NCBI GenBank assembly: GCA_963779755.1
Contig: CAVZZO010000001.1
Span: forward strand, 1,248,001 to 1,312,000
Reading direction: 5' to 3'
Origin: an uncultured Gemmatimonadales bacterium
GTDB lineage: Bacteria > Gemmatimonadota > Gemmatimonadetes > Gemmatimonadales > GWC2-71-9
DNA: 64,000 bases
A model generated the notes under the pieces. That model did not search any database and was not told where the DNA came from. It worked only from the letters and a program-made list of their open reading frames with translations. This document shows, piece by piece, positions 48,793 to 58,704 of the stretch. The position numbers were made by a program, and so were the translations under genes. Numbering within the stretch: the first letter of the stretch is position 1; the number at the start of each line of letters is the position of its first letter.

Positions 48793-48949
48793 CGTGCCTT
48801 CAGGGCCCCTCGCTGATCCTCCTGAACTCATACACCAGCGGATCCACGAAATCCGGCCCCACGCTGAACCGCAGGCTGGTGGCGTCCGGGGCTTGCCGGG
48901 ACGGCGGGCCGGCCCTTCATTCCTCCATTCCCGATTCCCGATTCCTCTC

Positions 48950-49393
48950 ATGCGAGTCGTACTTCAGCGCGTCTCCCGTGCCAGCGTCGCGATCGACGGC
49001 CGGGTCCGGGGCCGCATCGGCCGCGGGTTCTGTCTCCTGGTCGGCTTCCGCACCGGCGATACGGCAGCTCTGGCCGACTGGATGGCGGAAAAGATCGCCG
49101 GCCTCCGGCTCTTTGCCGATGCCGGCGGAAAGATGAACCTCGGGCTGGCCGACGTGGACGGCGCGGTCCTGGTGGTCTCCCAGTTCACCCTGTACGGTGA
49201 CACCGCCCGCGGCCGGCGCCCCTCCTTTGTGGAGGCCGCCCGCCCGGAGACGGCGATTCCCCTCTACCGGCATTTCATCGCCGCGCTGAGGGAGCGCGGC
49301 TGCGCCGTCGAGACTGGCGAATTCGGCGCCATGATGGAGGTTGATCTGGTGAACGATGGCCCGGTAACGCTCATTCTCGAGCGCGAGACATGA
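48950..49393 (+). CDS. dtd: D-aminoacyl-tRNA deacylase
   Basis: MRVVLQRV, VSQFTL, GRRPSF, FGA.M.V.L.NDGPVT. Confidence 0.97.
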   Translation: MRVVLQRVSRASVAIDGRVRGRIGRGFCLLVGFRTGDTAALADWMAEKIAGLRLFADAGGKMNLGLADVDGAVLVVSQFTLYGDTARGRRPSFVEAARPETAIPLYRHFIAALRERGCAVETGEFGAMMEVDLVNDGPVTLILERET

Positions 49394-49965
49394 TTCCCCA
49401 TCTCACCCTGGCCTCCGGTTCTCCGCGGCGCCGCCAGCTGCTGGAGATGCTGGGGTTCTCGCTGGACGTACGCCCCTCGCACATTCCAGAGGAGTACCGC
49501 CCCGGCGAGCTGCCCAGCGAGTATGTCATCCGGCTGGCGGAGGCCAAGGCCGCCGCGGTGGTCGGCATCCTGGTGCTCGGCGCCGATACCACCGTGGTGC
49601 TGGGAGAGGAGGTGCTGGAGAAGCCGGCCGACGAAGCACACGCGCTGGAGATCCTGCGCAAGCTGCAGGGCCGCACCCACGAAGTGCACACAGCGGTGGC
49701 CCTCAAGGCCGACGGGGCCATCCGCAGCGCCGTGGACGTGACCCGCGTCAGCGTCCGTGCGGTGCGCGACCCGGTGCTCCGGGCCTATATCGCCACCGGG
49801 GAGCCGATGGATAAGGCCGGCGCCTACGGTATCCAGGGCTACGGCGCGGCCCTGATCGAGCGAATCGAGGGGGACTTCTTCGGCGTGATGGGCCTGCCGC
49901 TCCGGCTGGTGCTCGACCTGCTGGCCGAGGCGGGGCATCCGTATGAGTTCAACCTCACCCCCTGA
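49390..49965 (+). CDS. maf: Maf nucleoside triphosphate pyrophosphatase
   Basis: LASGSPRR, ADT.V, KP, DKAGAYGIQG, V.GLP. Confidence 0.95.
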   Translation: MIPHLTLASGSPRRRQLLEMLGFSLDVRPSHIPEEYRPGELPSEYVIRLAEAKAAAVVGILVLGADTTVVLGEEVLEKPADEAHALEILRKLQGRTHEVHTAVALKADGAIRSAVDVTRVSVRAVRDPVLRAYIATGEPMDKAGAYGIQGYGAALIERIEGDFFGVMGLPLRLVLDLLAEAGHPYEFNLTP

Positions 49966-50005
49966 CCCCCTCTCCACCTGGTGGAGAGGGGAATCGGGGG
50001 TGAGG
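49953..50005. terminator. GC-rich palindrome between convergent maf and adenylate cyclase (BoxC/REP-like)
   Basis: CCTCACCCCC..CCCCTCTCCAC-ctg-GTGGAGAGGGG..GGGGGTGAGG. Confidence 0.7.
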
Positions 50006-50006
50006 C

Positions 50007-51638
50007 TCAGTACTCGACCTCGTACACCGCTACCGGCTCCTTGCGGTTCTTGACCCGCATGGGGTCCAGCTGGCGCACGGGGGGCTTCTCCCGCAGCTGC
50101 TCGTAGAACGGCTGGCTGATGAGAATCTGGCCTTTGCTCGCCCGGGAGCAGAGACGGGAGGCCACGTTCACCGAGTCGCCGATCACGGTGTACTCCAGGC
50201 GCCGGTGGCTCCCGATGTTCCCCGCGAACGCCTCGCCGTAGTTGATCCCGATCCCGACGCCGATTTCCGGCTGGTCCGCCGCCAGCCAGCTGTCGTTCAG
50301 CTCGCGCAGCGCCCGCTGCATGGCGATGGCGGCCCGCATGGCGCGATCCGGGTCGTCGTCGTGGGCGATGGGCGCTCCCCAGAGCGCCATGATGGCGTCG
50401 CCGATGAACTTGTCGAGCGTGCCGCTGTGCTCGAAGATGATATCCACCATCTCCGAGAAGTATTCCGTCAACACCCGCGCGATCCCATCCGGGGTCATCC
50501 CCTCCGCCAGGGTGGTGAAGCCCCGGATATCGCTGAAGAGAATGGTGAGCGGCCGCTTCTCGCCCCCCAGTTTGACCGCCGCCTGCTGCTGCGCGATTTC
50601 CGCCGCCACGTTGGGCGCGAAGTAGCGCTCGAAGTTGGAGCGCACCATGGCCTCGCGCTGCACCTGTTCGGCGTACTGGCTGTTGCGGATGCTGATGGCC
50701 GCCAGGCCGCCGAAGGCAATCAGGAACTGCAGGTCCTCGGGGCTGAAGCTGTCGATGGCGGTGAGGCTGTCCACGTAGAGAATGCCCAGGACCCGGTCGC
50801 CCGAGGCCATGAGCGGGGTGCACATGGCGCTGCGCACTGCCTGGAGCACGATCGACTGCCCCTTGAAGCGGGTGTCCTCCACCGCGTTTTCCGAGATCAG
50901 CCCCACCCGCTCGTCCACCACCTTCTGGGCGATGGAACGGGGAACGTGCTGAAAGGTGGAGTCGCCCAGCCGGCTGCGGGAGAGCTTGGGAAAGAGGCTG
51001 CCCGAGGCCTCGTCCCGCAGCAGAATGCTGACCCGGTCCACGTTCATGACCTCGAAGGTCATGTTGACCACCCGCTGCAGCACCTTGTCCAGATCGAACT
51101 CGCCGGAGAGTGCCTGCGAGATATCCAGCAGCAGCGAGAGCTTCTTGGCCTGCCGCTCCTGCTCGTTGGTGCTGGCCACCCGCAACTGGCCCTGGGCGGA
51201 GGGGGCCCCGTCGAGATTGGTCAGGCTGGCCGCCAGATTGGACTGGCGGCTGCCGCTCACCGAGATCTGGCGCACGATGGTGGCGCCCGGCGCCTGAGCC
51301 GGCACCGCGGCCGGCGTGCCCTGCCCCTGGGGCTCTGATCCCCGCAGCTGGAATACCACCTTGCCGAAGGTGACCTGGTCGCCCGGCTGGAGGGTTCCTT
51401 CGGAGACGCGGACGCCGTTGATGAACGTGCCGTTGGAGCTCTGGAGGTCGCGTACTTCCACGCCGTCGGCGCTGGCCCGCAGCTCGGCGTGGCGCCGGCT
51501 GATGGTGGGGTCAATGACGGCGAAATCGCTGGTGACGGCGCGGCCCAGAACCACCGTCCGATCGGGCGGCAAATCGAAGTTCTGGTGGCCCGCGAACGAG
51601 ACCAGGCGCAGGGAGGTCATAGCCGGACGGGCTGTCAT
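50007..51638 (-). CDS. FHA-GAF class III adenylate cyclase
   Basis: FHA (GR, SRRHA, SSNGT), GAF, FSDIRGFT, DKFIGDA, TVIGDSVN.ASR; start 51638 or 51620. Confidence 0.93.
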   Translation of the reverse strand: MTARPAMTSLRLVSFAGHQNFDLPPDRTVVLGRAVTSDFAVIDPTISRRHAELRASADGVEVRDLQSSNGTFINGVRVSEGTLQPGDQVTFGKVVFQLRGSEPQGQGTPAAVPAQAPGATIVRQISVSGSRQSNLAASLTNLDGAPSAQGQLRVASTNEQERQAKKLSLLLDISQALSGEFDLDKVLQRVVNMTFEVMNVDRVSILLRDEASGSLFPKLSRSRLGDSTFQHVPRSIAQKVVDERVGLISENAVEDTRFKGQSIVLQAVRSAMCTPLMASGDRVLGILYVDSLTAIDSFSPEDLQFLIAFGGLAAISIRNSQYAEQVQREAMVRSNFERYFAPNVAAEIAQQQAAVKLGGEKRPLTILFSDIRGFTTLAEGMTPDGIARVLTEYFSEMVDIIFEHSGTLDKFIGDAIMALWGAPIAHDDDPDRAMRAAIAMQRALRELNDSWLAADQPEIGVGIGINYGEAFAGNIGSHRRLEYTVIGDSVNVASRLCSRASKGQILISQPFYEQLREKPPVRQLDPMRVKNRKEPVAVYEVEY

Positions 51639-51697
51639 AGCGGAGGTGAGAATATACCGGCGGGCCGCGCCGGACGCTAACCCCGCCAGACGGCGGC

Positions 51698-52306
51698 TCA
51701 GCGCGGCGCCGCCACCACGTAAGCTCCCGGCGCGGGGATCCGCGCCGCCAGGTTGTCGGTGGCCGGCCGATCACTCGCCAGGAGCGTGTAGCGCCCGTCC
51801 GGGCCCTGCTCTGTCACCGCGAGGGCGCGTTCGTAGCTGAAGTCGCTGTCGTAACGCAGCCGGGCCGCTGCCGGCGCGGAGAAGTGCACCGGATACTTGA
51901 ACGTCAGGATGGCCTGGCGCTGCCAGGGTACCGAAGAACTGATGTGCACCCCGTAGATTCCCGGCAGGGGTTCGATCGTGATCCGGGCGGAATCGGCGCC
52001 CGGTGCCCAGAGGCTGTCCGGCAGCCGCAGGGTGGCGAACACGGTGTTATCGGGGGCCCCATGGCGCAATACGATGGTACGAGACCGGCCGGTCGCGATG
52101 GTCACCGCCGTATCGGCCGGCGCAGCGCCCCATTCCTCCAGCACCAGCAGCTGGTTGCGGGGCAGCTGGGTGCCGGGTTGCGGCGCGGGCGCCGAGGCCC
52201 GGCTGGCGGCCGAACCGCCGCCGCAGGCGGCCAGCAGCCCGCAGAGCGCCAGACCGAATGGACGGCGCCGCGGCCGGGGGACTATACTCCTCGTTTGCTC
52301 ATGCAT
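51698..52306 (-). CDS. Hypothetical lipoprotein
   Basis: Lipobox LAAC; C-terminal part of ORF 51698..52984; start uncertain. Confidence 0.6.
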   Translation of the reverse strand: MHEQTRSIVPRPRRRPFGLALCGLLAACGGGSAASRASAPAPQPGTQLPRNQLLVLEEWGAAPADTAVTIATGRSRTIVLRHGAPDNTVFATLRLPDSLWAPGADSARITIEPLPGIYGVHISSSVPWQRQAILTFKYPVHFSAPAAARLRYDSDFSYERALAVTEQGPDGRYTLLASDRPATDNLAARIPAPGAYVVAAPR

Positions 52307-54382
52307 TCGGGATTGCTCGCCCGGGCGCTCCGCCCGCACCGCCGGTTCATCGCCGCGCTCCTCGCCGGATTCCTGCTGTTGCCGGCCGGCCGCGTGGCCG
52401 CCCAGCAGTGGAACAGCCCTGCAGTGGACGTCCTGGTCCGGCGGGCCATTGCCAGGCGGCAGGAGAGGCTGGCCGATTCCTCGCTCACCAGCTACCAGGC
52501 CCTGGCCCATGGTTTCGTCTTCTTCCTGGCCCAGGTGGGGGAAGGGTTGACCCAGCCTCCCCGGCTGGTCAAGGCCGACGAGCTCGACGTTCAAGTGTAT
52601 TGGCGCGCCCCGGGGCGCAGCAAGCAGGTGATCCTTGGCTGGCGCGACGGCTCCTGGCTGCCCACCGATATCGACTACCACCGCGATCACCTGGGCATCG
52701 TCACCAATAATTTCGGCAACACCATCCGGATGGGGGAAGGCGATGAAGTCCGCGACGCCATCCACCCGCTGAGCCCCGCCGGGCCCGATCACTACGACTA
52801 TGCCCTGGGCGATTCCACCCGGATTCAGACCGGCGACCGCACCGTCACGGTGGTCGCCGTCCAGGTCCGGCCACGCTCCTTCCGGCAGGCCCTCGTCGTC
52901 GGCACCATGTACCTCGACGTGGGGACGGCCGAGCTGGTGCGATTCCGCTTCAGCTTCACGCCCGCGTCGTACCTCGATTCGCAACTCGAGGATATCAGTA
53001 TCGTGCTGGAGAACTCACTGTGGGAGGACCGCTACTGGCTGCCCTACCGGCAGGAGGTCGAGATCCGGCGGCGCAGCAGCTGGATGGACTTTCCGGCCCG
53101 CGGCATCATCCGCGGGCGCTGGGAGATCCGGCACTACCGGTTCAATGTGTCCCTGCCGCCCGCGCTGTTTGCCGGACCGGCCATCGGGGGCCTGCGCGCG
53201 CCGGCGCCCAACGATACCCTCTGGCACGAGCCGCTGGCCCGGGCGGTGGCCGGCGTGGCCGCGCCGGTCAATCAGCAGGACATGCAGAGCCTGCGGCTCG
53301 AGGTGGAAAAACTGGCCGGGGCGCATGCCCTCTCCGGCCTGCGCCGCACCCGGCTCGCGGCCCACTCGCTGAGCGATCTGGTGCATGTCAACCGGGTGCA
53401 AGGGCTCACGCTCGGCTTCGGCGGGTTCGCCGGCCTGGAGCGCCGGCGCCTGCGCATCCGTCCCTTTGCCTCGTACGGCATCAGCGATCACCGGCTGCTG
53501 GGCAGCCTGGCACTGGAGGCCGACCTGGGCGGAACCTCAATCGCTCTCGAAGGGGCGCGGCGTATCCGGGACTTCAGCGCCTGGCCCGTGATTGCTCCGG
53601 CGCTGAATTCCTTCTCAGCCCAGGAGTTCGGCCGCGACTACGGCGACTACGTCTTCCTGGAGAGCGCCTCGCTCGCCCTGCACCATCGGCTCACCGGACG
53701 CACCGCCCTCACGGCCACCGCCTTTACCGAACGCTCCAACTCGGTGGCGGTGGCCGCCACGCCGGCCACCGGCCGGTATCGTCCCAATTCCGCCTTGGGG
53801 GCGGGAACGTATTCCGGCGGGCGGCTGCGCCTGGAGCGGTCCAGCGGGGGCATCGCGGTCACCAGCGACCTGCAGGGCGCGCTCGCGGTCGAGGCGGCGG
53901 ACGGCCCCACCGGCTACCTGCGCGCGGCGGGAGAGCTTCGCTGGATCGCTCCGGTGCCTGGAGGACAGCTCCTGGTCCAGGGGCGGGCTGGCTGGGGCAG
54001 CGCGGGGCTGCCCGCCTACCGCAGCTTTGTGCTGGGAGGCCGCTCCACCCTCCCCGGCGAGCCCTACCGGGCCTGGGGCGGCCGCAGCATGCTCTGGGGG
54101 CACGTGGAATGGCAGCTGCAGGCGCCGTTCCCCGCCATTCCGCTGGGCTCCTTCGCCTCCACCGGCACCACCATTACCGTGGCCCCGTTTATCGCCGCGG
54201 GCTGGACCGATCGCGGCATCCCCGGCACCCCGTGGCCCGCCTCCCCGGGCGTGCGCCCCGTGGGCGGCGTGGCGCTGGAGTGGTTCATGCGGCTCCTGCG
54301 GGTCGAGGCGGGTGTCGGCCTGCTGGACGGGCGTGTGGGCGTGAGCGCCGGTATTCAGCGCGACTGGTGGGACATTCTCTAG
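52301..54382 (+). CDS. Large exported outer-membrane protein (N-terminal domain plus beta-barrel)
   Basis: Signal peptide ending AAQ; NRV.G...G and amphipathic strands in C-terminal half; start uncertain. Confidence 0.7.
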   Translation: MHSGLLARALRPHRRFIAALLAGFLLLPAGRVAAQQWNSPAVDVLVRRAIARRQERLADSSLTSYQALAHGFVFFLAQVGEGLTQPPRLVKADELDVQVYWRAPGRSKQVILGWRDGSWLPTDIDYHRDHLGIVTNNFGNTIRMGEGDEVRDAIHPLSPAGPDHYDYALGDSTRIQTGDRTVTVVAVQVRPRSFRQALVVGTMYLDVGTAELVRFRFSFTPASYLDSQLEDISIVLENSLWEDRYWLPYRQEVEIRRRSSWMDFPARGIIRGRWEIRHYRFNVSLPPALFAGPAIGGLRAPAPNDTLWHEPLARAVAGVAAPVNQQDMQSLRLEVEKLAGAHALSGLRRTRLAAHSLSDLVHVNRVQGLTLGFGGFAGLERRRLRIRPFASYGISDHRLLGSLALEADLGGTSIALEGARRIRDFSAWPVIAPALNSFSAQEFGRDYGDYVFLESASLALHHRLTGRTALTATAFTERSNSVAVAATPATGRYRPNSALGAGTYSGGRLRLERSSGGIAVTSDLQGALAVEAADGPTGYLRAAGELRWIAPVPGGQLLVQGRAGWGSAGLPAYRSFVLGGRSTLPGEPYRAWGGRSMLWGHVEWQLQAPFPAIPLGSFASTGTTITVAPFIAAGWTDRGIPGTPWPASPGVRPVGGVALEWFMRLLRVEAGVGLLDGRVGVSAGIQRDWWDIL

Positions 54383-54461
54383 GGGCGTGCAAGCCCTAGC
54401 AGCGGCCCGCGGATGGTGTAAGTTCCAGTAGCTGTTCCCCTGTATCGATCATCGGCGATTC

Positions 54462-56669
54462 ATGCAATTCTCGGACGAATGGCTGGTTCCTGCCCTGGAG
54501 CCCCTGCTGGCCGCTGAGGTACTCGGCGGGCTTCGGGAGGAGCCGGGGGATGCCGTCTCCCTGTGGGAAACGGTGCTGCAGCGCCGGCTGCTCAGCAATG
54601 AGCAGGTGCTCGACGCGGCCGCCGCCCGTTTTCGCCTGCCCGTGGCCGATGTGGCCAGGCTCGACCCGACGGTGCGCGAGGCGGTGCCCGAGGCCCTGGC
54701 CCGGCGCTTCGGCGTACTGCCTGTCCGGCTGGGTAACGGCTGGGTCGAGGTGGCGACGTCCAATCCGTTCGATATCGATGCGGAGAAATACCTCGGGTTC
54801 GCCACCGGACGGGAGGTCCGGCTGTCGCTGGCGTCCCCGGGCCGGATCCGGGAGAAGCTGGACGAGCTGTACAAGTCGGACGATGTGGTCAACAGGCTGC
54901 TGATGGGCATGGGCGACGCTGAAGTGATGCAGCTGGAGGATGAGCCGCCCGAAGAGCTGGCTGCGTCGGAGAGTGAGGCGCTCCAGCGTCCCATCGTCCG
55001 GCTGGTGGATCTCCTCCTGTCCGACGGCATTCAGAGCCGGGCCAGCGACATTCACGTCGAGCCCATCGAGGGCGGCGTCGTGGTGCGCTACCGCATCGAC
55101 GGCGTGTTGCGGCAGGTGATGAAAATTCCCCGCTCCGCCGGGCTGCCGCTTATCTCCCGCATCAAGATCATGTCGGGGCTGGACATCGCCGACCGGCTGC
55201 GGCCGCAGGACGGCCGCGCGCGGGTGGCGGTCAACGGCGCCCCGGTGGACCTGCGCGTCTCCACCCTTCCGGCCACCATGGGCGAGAAGGTCGTCATCCG
55301 GATTCTCAACCAGGCCGCCACGGTGCTGTCGCTGGAGGCGCTGGGCCTGTACCAGGACGAGCGCAAGAGCATCGAGGCGCTGCTGGAGAATCGGGAGGGC
55401 ATCCTCCTGGTGACCGGCCCCACCGGATCGGGCAAGACCACCACCCTCTATTCCGCGCTCCGCCTGGTGCAGGGCGAGGGCGTCAATATCGTGACGGTCG
55501 AGGATCCGGTCGAATACCGCCTGGGGCAGAACGTGGTGCAGGTCCAGGTAAACGAAAAGGCCGGCCTCACCTTTGCCGCCGCGTTGCGGAGTATCCTCCG
55601 CCAGGATCCCGATGTCGTCCTGGTGGGCGAGATCCGCGACCAGGAAACCGCGCGGATCGCCGTGCAGGCCTCTCTCACCGGCCACCTGGTGCTCTCGACC
55701 CTGCATACCAACGATGCTCCCAATGCGGTTACCCGCCTGGTCGATATGGGACTCGAGGCCTACAAGCTGGCCTCGGCCCTGCGGGGGGTGCTGGCCCAGC
55801 GCCTCATGCGCCGCCTCTGTCCCACCTGCAAGGAGCTCGACGGCACCGAACTGCCCGAGCGGCTGCGCCAGCTGATTCCGGAGGGCAGCACCGTCTACCG
55901 GGCGGTCGGCTGTCCCGACTGCGCCATGACCGGCTATCGGGGCCGGTTCAGCATCGTCGAGATCCTGGTGATGAATCAGGAGTTGGAGCAGCTGATCGGC
56001 GGCGGGGCGACCGCCGACCGGATCGCCGCGGCCGCCCGCCGGCACGGCATGGGATCGCTCTGGCAGAGCGGATTGCGCCACGTGATCGCCGGCGAGACCT
56101 CGGTGGACGAGCTGCTCCGCGTTACCTCCGCGCCCGCCGCCGACGCCGGCTCGGGCGTGATCGCCTCCCCGCCGTCCAGTGCCCCGGGCACGTCGGCCGC
56201 TCCGGCGGCCCCTTCGGATCCGCTGGCGGGCGCCGAGGTCTCGGCCGCCTTCGAGCTGCTGGAGGAAGGGCCGCCGGCGGGAACGGAGCGCCCCAGCCGC
56301 TGTGTGCTGCTGGTGGACGACGAAGACCAGCTCCGGCGGGTCATGCGCGACCTGCTCGAGCGGGAGGGGTTCACCGTGGCGGAGGCGCGGGACGGCGCCG
56401 AGGCGCTGGACGAGGTGGACCGCCATGCGCCCGATATCATCGTGCTGGATCTCAACCTGCCGGGCCTCGACGGGTACAACGTGCTCTCCAAACTGCGCGC
56501 CCGTCCCCAGACGGAGAACATCCCCGTGGTGGTGCTCACGGCCAAGAGCGACGAGGACAACGAGGTGCGGGTCTTCGAACTGGGGGCCGACGACTTCCTC
56601 GCCAAGCCCTTCCGCGCCCGCGCCCTTTCCGCCCGGCTGGAAGCGGTCCTGAGCCGGCGCCGCGCCTGA
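54462..56669 (+). CDS. GspE/PilB-family secretion ATPase with C-terminal receiver domain
   Basis: ASDIH.EP, PQDGR, GPTGSGKTT, EDPVE, LRQDPD..LVGEIRD, STLHTND, CxxC..CxxC; REC VDDE/LD/T/KP. Confidence 0.93.
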   Translation: MQFSDEWLVPALEPLLAAEVLGGLREEPGDAVSLWETVLQRRLLSNEQVLDAAAARFRLPVADVARLDPTVREAVPEALARRFGVLPVRLGNGWVEVATSNPFDIDAEKYLGFATGREVRLSLASPGRIREKLDELYKSDDVVNRLLMGMGDAEVMQLEDEPPEELAASESEALQRPIVRLVDLLLSDGIQSRASDIHVEPIEGGVVVRYRIDGVLRQVMKIPRSAGLPLISRIKIMSGLDIADRLRPQDGRARVAVNGAPVDLRVSTLPATMGEKVVIRILNQAATVLSLEALGLYQDERKSIEALLENREGILLVTGPTGSGKTTTLYSALRLVQGEGVNIVTVEDPVEYRLGQNVVQVQVNEKAGLTFAAALRSILRQDPDVVLVGEIRDQETARIAVQASLTGHLVLSTLHTNDAPNAVTRLVDMGLEAYKLASALRGVLAQRLMRRLCPTCKELDGTELPERLRQLIPEGSTVYRAVGCPDCAMTGYRGRFSIVEILVMNQELEQLIGGGATADRIAAAARRHGMGSLWQSGLRHVIAGETSVDELLRVTSAPAADAGSGVIASPPSSAPGTSAAPAAPSDPLAGAEVSAAFELLEEGPPAGTERPSRCVLLVDDEDQLRRVMRDLLEREGFTVAEARDGAEALDEVDRHAPDIIVLDLNLPGLDGYNVLSKLRARPQTENIPVVVLTAKSDEDNEVRVFELGADDFLAKPFRARALSARLEAVLSRRRA

Positions 56670-56679
56670 ACCGTCCGTC

Positions 56680-57147
56680 ATGACCAACGTCCGGGTTTCC
56701 ATTGTGGATGTCTATGCCGTCCGGCGCGATCCGGGCGGCCTGCTCGTGCTCCTGCTGCGCCGGGGCAAGGCGGGACGCTGCCCCGGCTCCTGGGAGGCGG
56801 TGCACGGCCGGATCGAGCCGGGGGAGACCCCGGCGGAGGCGGGCCTGCGCGAGCTGCGGGAAGAGACCGGGCTGGCACCCGCCAGGTTCTACAACCTGAG
56901 CCGGGTGGAGAGCTTCTATCTGCACCGCAGCGATGAAGTTGCGCTGATCCCGGTATTCGTGGCCATGATTGCGGGTGAGGGAAGGACGGTGCTGAGCGAG
57001 GAGCACGATTACGCCGAGTGGGTGCCCATCGCCGAAGCCGCCCAGCGGTTCGACTGGCCTCGGGAGCGGCGCGCGATGGCCGATATCGAAGTGCTGCTTC
57101 CCAACGGAATGGCGGGGCCGCTGGAAGACGTGTTGCGCGTATGCTGA
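56680..57147 (+). CDS. NUDIX hydrolase (NudB-like)
   Basis: GRIEPGETPAEAGLRELREETG Nudix box, LS.EH. Confidence 0.9.
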   Translation: MTNVRVSIVDVYAVRRDPGGLLVLLLRRGKAGRCPGSWEAVHGRIEPGETPAEAGLRELREETGLAPARFYNLSRVESFYLHRSDEVALIPVFVAMIAGEGRTVLSEEHDYAEWVPIAEAAQRFDWPRERRAMADIEVLLPNGMAGPLEDVLRVC

Positions 57148-58586
57148 TCCCGCGGCTGGGCGCGGCGGCCGGGCTGGGTGCGCTGTTCCTGCTGGGGCCG
57201 GCCCGGCCGACGCAGCCGCCCTGTCTCCGGCCGGTTCGCGCGGGCTATCAGGTGCAGGGAGACGTGCGCATCTGCCCCGGCCGCTACCGCATTCCCGACG
57301 CCGAAGAGCAGGGCGTCCTCGTCATCAGCGGCTCGCTCACCCGCCTCGACCTCACCGGGGTGACACTGGAGAGCGGCGATACCGTCGCGAGCGCCTACCG
57401 GGGCATCGGAGTGCTGAGCCGCGGTGTGGAGCGGATCGAGATCCGCGGCGGTACCATCCGCGGATATCGTTACGGGGTCCGGGTCGAAGGGGGCCGCGGC
57501 CATCGCATCAGCGGCATGGACCTGTCCGGCTCCCGCAGGCAGGAGCTCCGCTCCACGCCCACGGCCTTCAGCGAGGCCGACTGGCTCGACATCTTCGATC
57601 CCGACACGTTCGAAACCTACGGGGCCGGGCTGTACCTCAAATGGACCGACGGGGCCAGCGTCACCGGCGTGACCGCGCGCCGGGGCCAGAACGGGATCGC
57701 CCTGTTCGGCGCCCGCGGCAGCTATCTCTCCGGCAATGATGTCTCCGAGAATACCGGCTGGGGGCTGAGCCTCTGGCAGTCGTCACGCAACACCATCGTG
57801 AACAACCAGGCCAGCCACAACGTGCGTTGCGAGTCGCCCGCCTACAGCCGGGGCTGCGACTCGGCCGCCCTGCTGCTGCGGGAGCACAGCGACTCCAATC
57901 TCATCACCGACAATGACCTTACCTGGTCGGGTGACGGCTTCTTCCTGAGTGGCGAGCGGGGCCGGGTGCAGCCCTCGGTAGCCAACCTGGTCTTTCGCAA
58001 CGACGGCTCCCACGCCTACCACAATGCGTTCGAGTCCACCTTCAGCGCCTGGAACCGGTTCCTGGACAACCGGGCCGACAGCTCGGCCTACGGCTTCTGG
58101 CTGGGCTATTCCACGGCCAACCTGGTGCGCGGCAACACCATCGTGGGGCCGCGCGAGACGGGCATCGCCATCGAACATGGGCGGGACAATGAGCTGGCGG
58201 GCAATACCATCATGGGCGGCCGGCAGGGCATCCATCTTTTTGCTCCCGGCGCAGATACCCTGGAGCCCAGCCGCGATTACCGGCTGGACGACAACGTGGT
58301 GGTAGATGCGGAGCAGGGCATCGTGCTGGAGCGCACCAGCGCGCTGCGGCTACGGGGCAACCTGCTGGACCGCAACGGTGTGGGGCTGGTGGCCGATTCG
58401 GCGGCCGGCGGTGCGCTGGTGGTGGGGAATGTCTTCGCTCGGCCGGGCCGCGATTATATCCAGGCCCCCGAGCTCGATGCCGGCAACAATTACTGGGACG
58501 CGGCCTCACCCGAGGCCACCCGGTCCTGGCTGGAAGGGAAGATCGCCATTACCCCCTGGAAGCCCGCCAGCGCCGCGGGATATTGA
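57141..58586 (+). CDS. Exported right-handed parallel beta-helix (NosD/pectin-lyase-like) protein
   Basis: Signal peptide; repeated N.I..N, GI.L units; GNNYW. Confidence 0.8.
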   Translation: MLIPRLGAAAGLGALFLLGPARPTQPPCLRPVRAGYQVQGDVRICPGRYRIPDAEEQGVLVISGSLTRLDLTGVTLESGDTVASAYRGIGVLSRGVERIEIRGGTIRGYRYGVRVEGGRGHRISGMDLSGSRRQELRSTPTAFSEADWLDIFDPDTFETYGAGLYLKWTDGASVTGVTARRGQNGIALFGARGSYLSGNDVSENTGWGLSLWQSSRNTIVNNQASHNVRCESPAYSRGCDSAALLLREHSDSNLITDNDLTWSGDGFFLSGERGRVQPSVANLVFRNDGSHAYHNAFESTFSAWNRFLDNRADSSAYGFWLGYSTANLVRGNTIVGPRETGIAIEHGRDNELAGNTIMGGRQGIHLFAPGADTLEPSRDYRLDDNVVVDAEQGIVLERTSALRLRGNLLDRNGVGLVADSAAGGALVVGNVFARPGRDYIQAPELDAGNNYWDAASPEATRSWLEGKIAITPWKPASAAGY

Positions 58587-58587
58587 T

Positions 58588-58704
58588 CGGGGGACAAGGG
58601 GTAAGGGACCGGGGACAGGAGTCCCCTATCCCTTGTCCCCTATCCCCTGTCCCCCGTCCCTTATCCCCTTATCCCTTATCCCCTGTCCCCTGTCCCCTGT
58701 CCCG
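58588..58704. repeat. Inverted degenerate heptamer arrays (GGGGACA)n...(RTCCCCT)n between convergent genes
   Basis: About 4 left and 11-12 right units; supplies the kinase C-terminus and stop. Confidence 0.9.
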
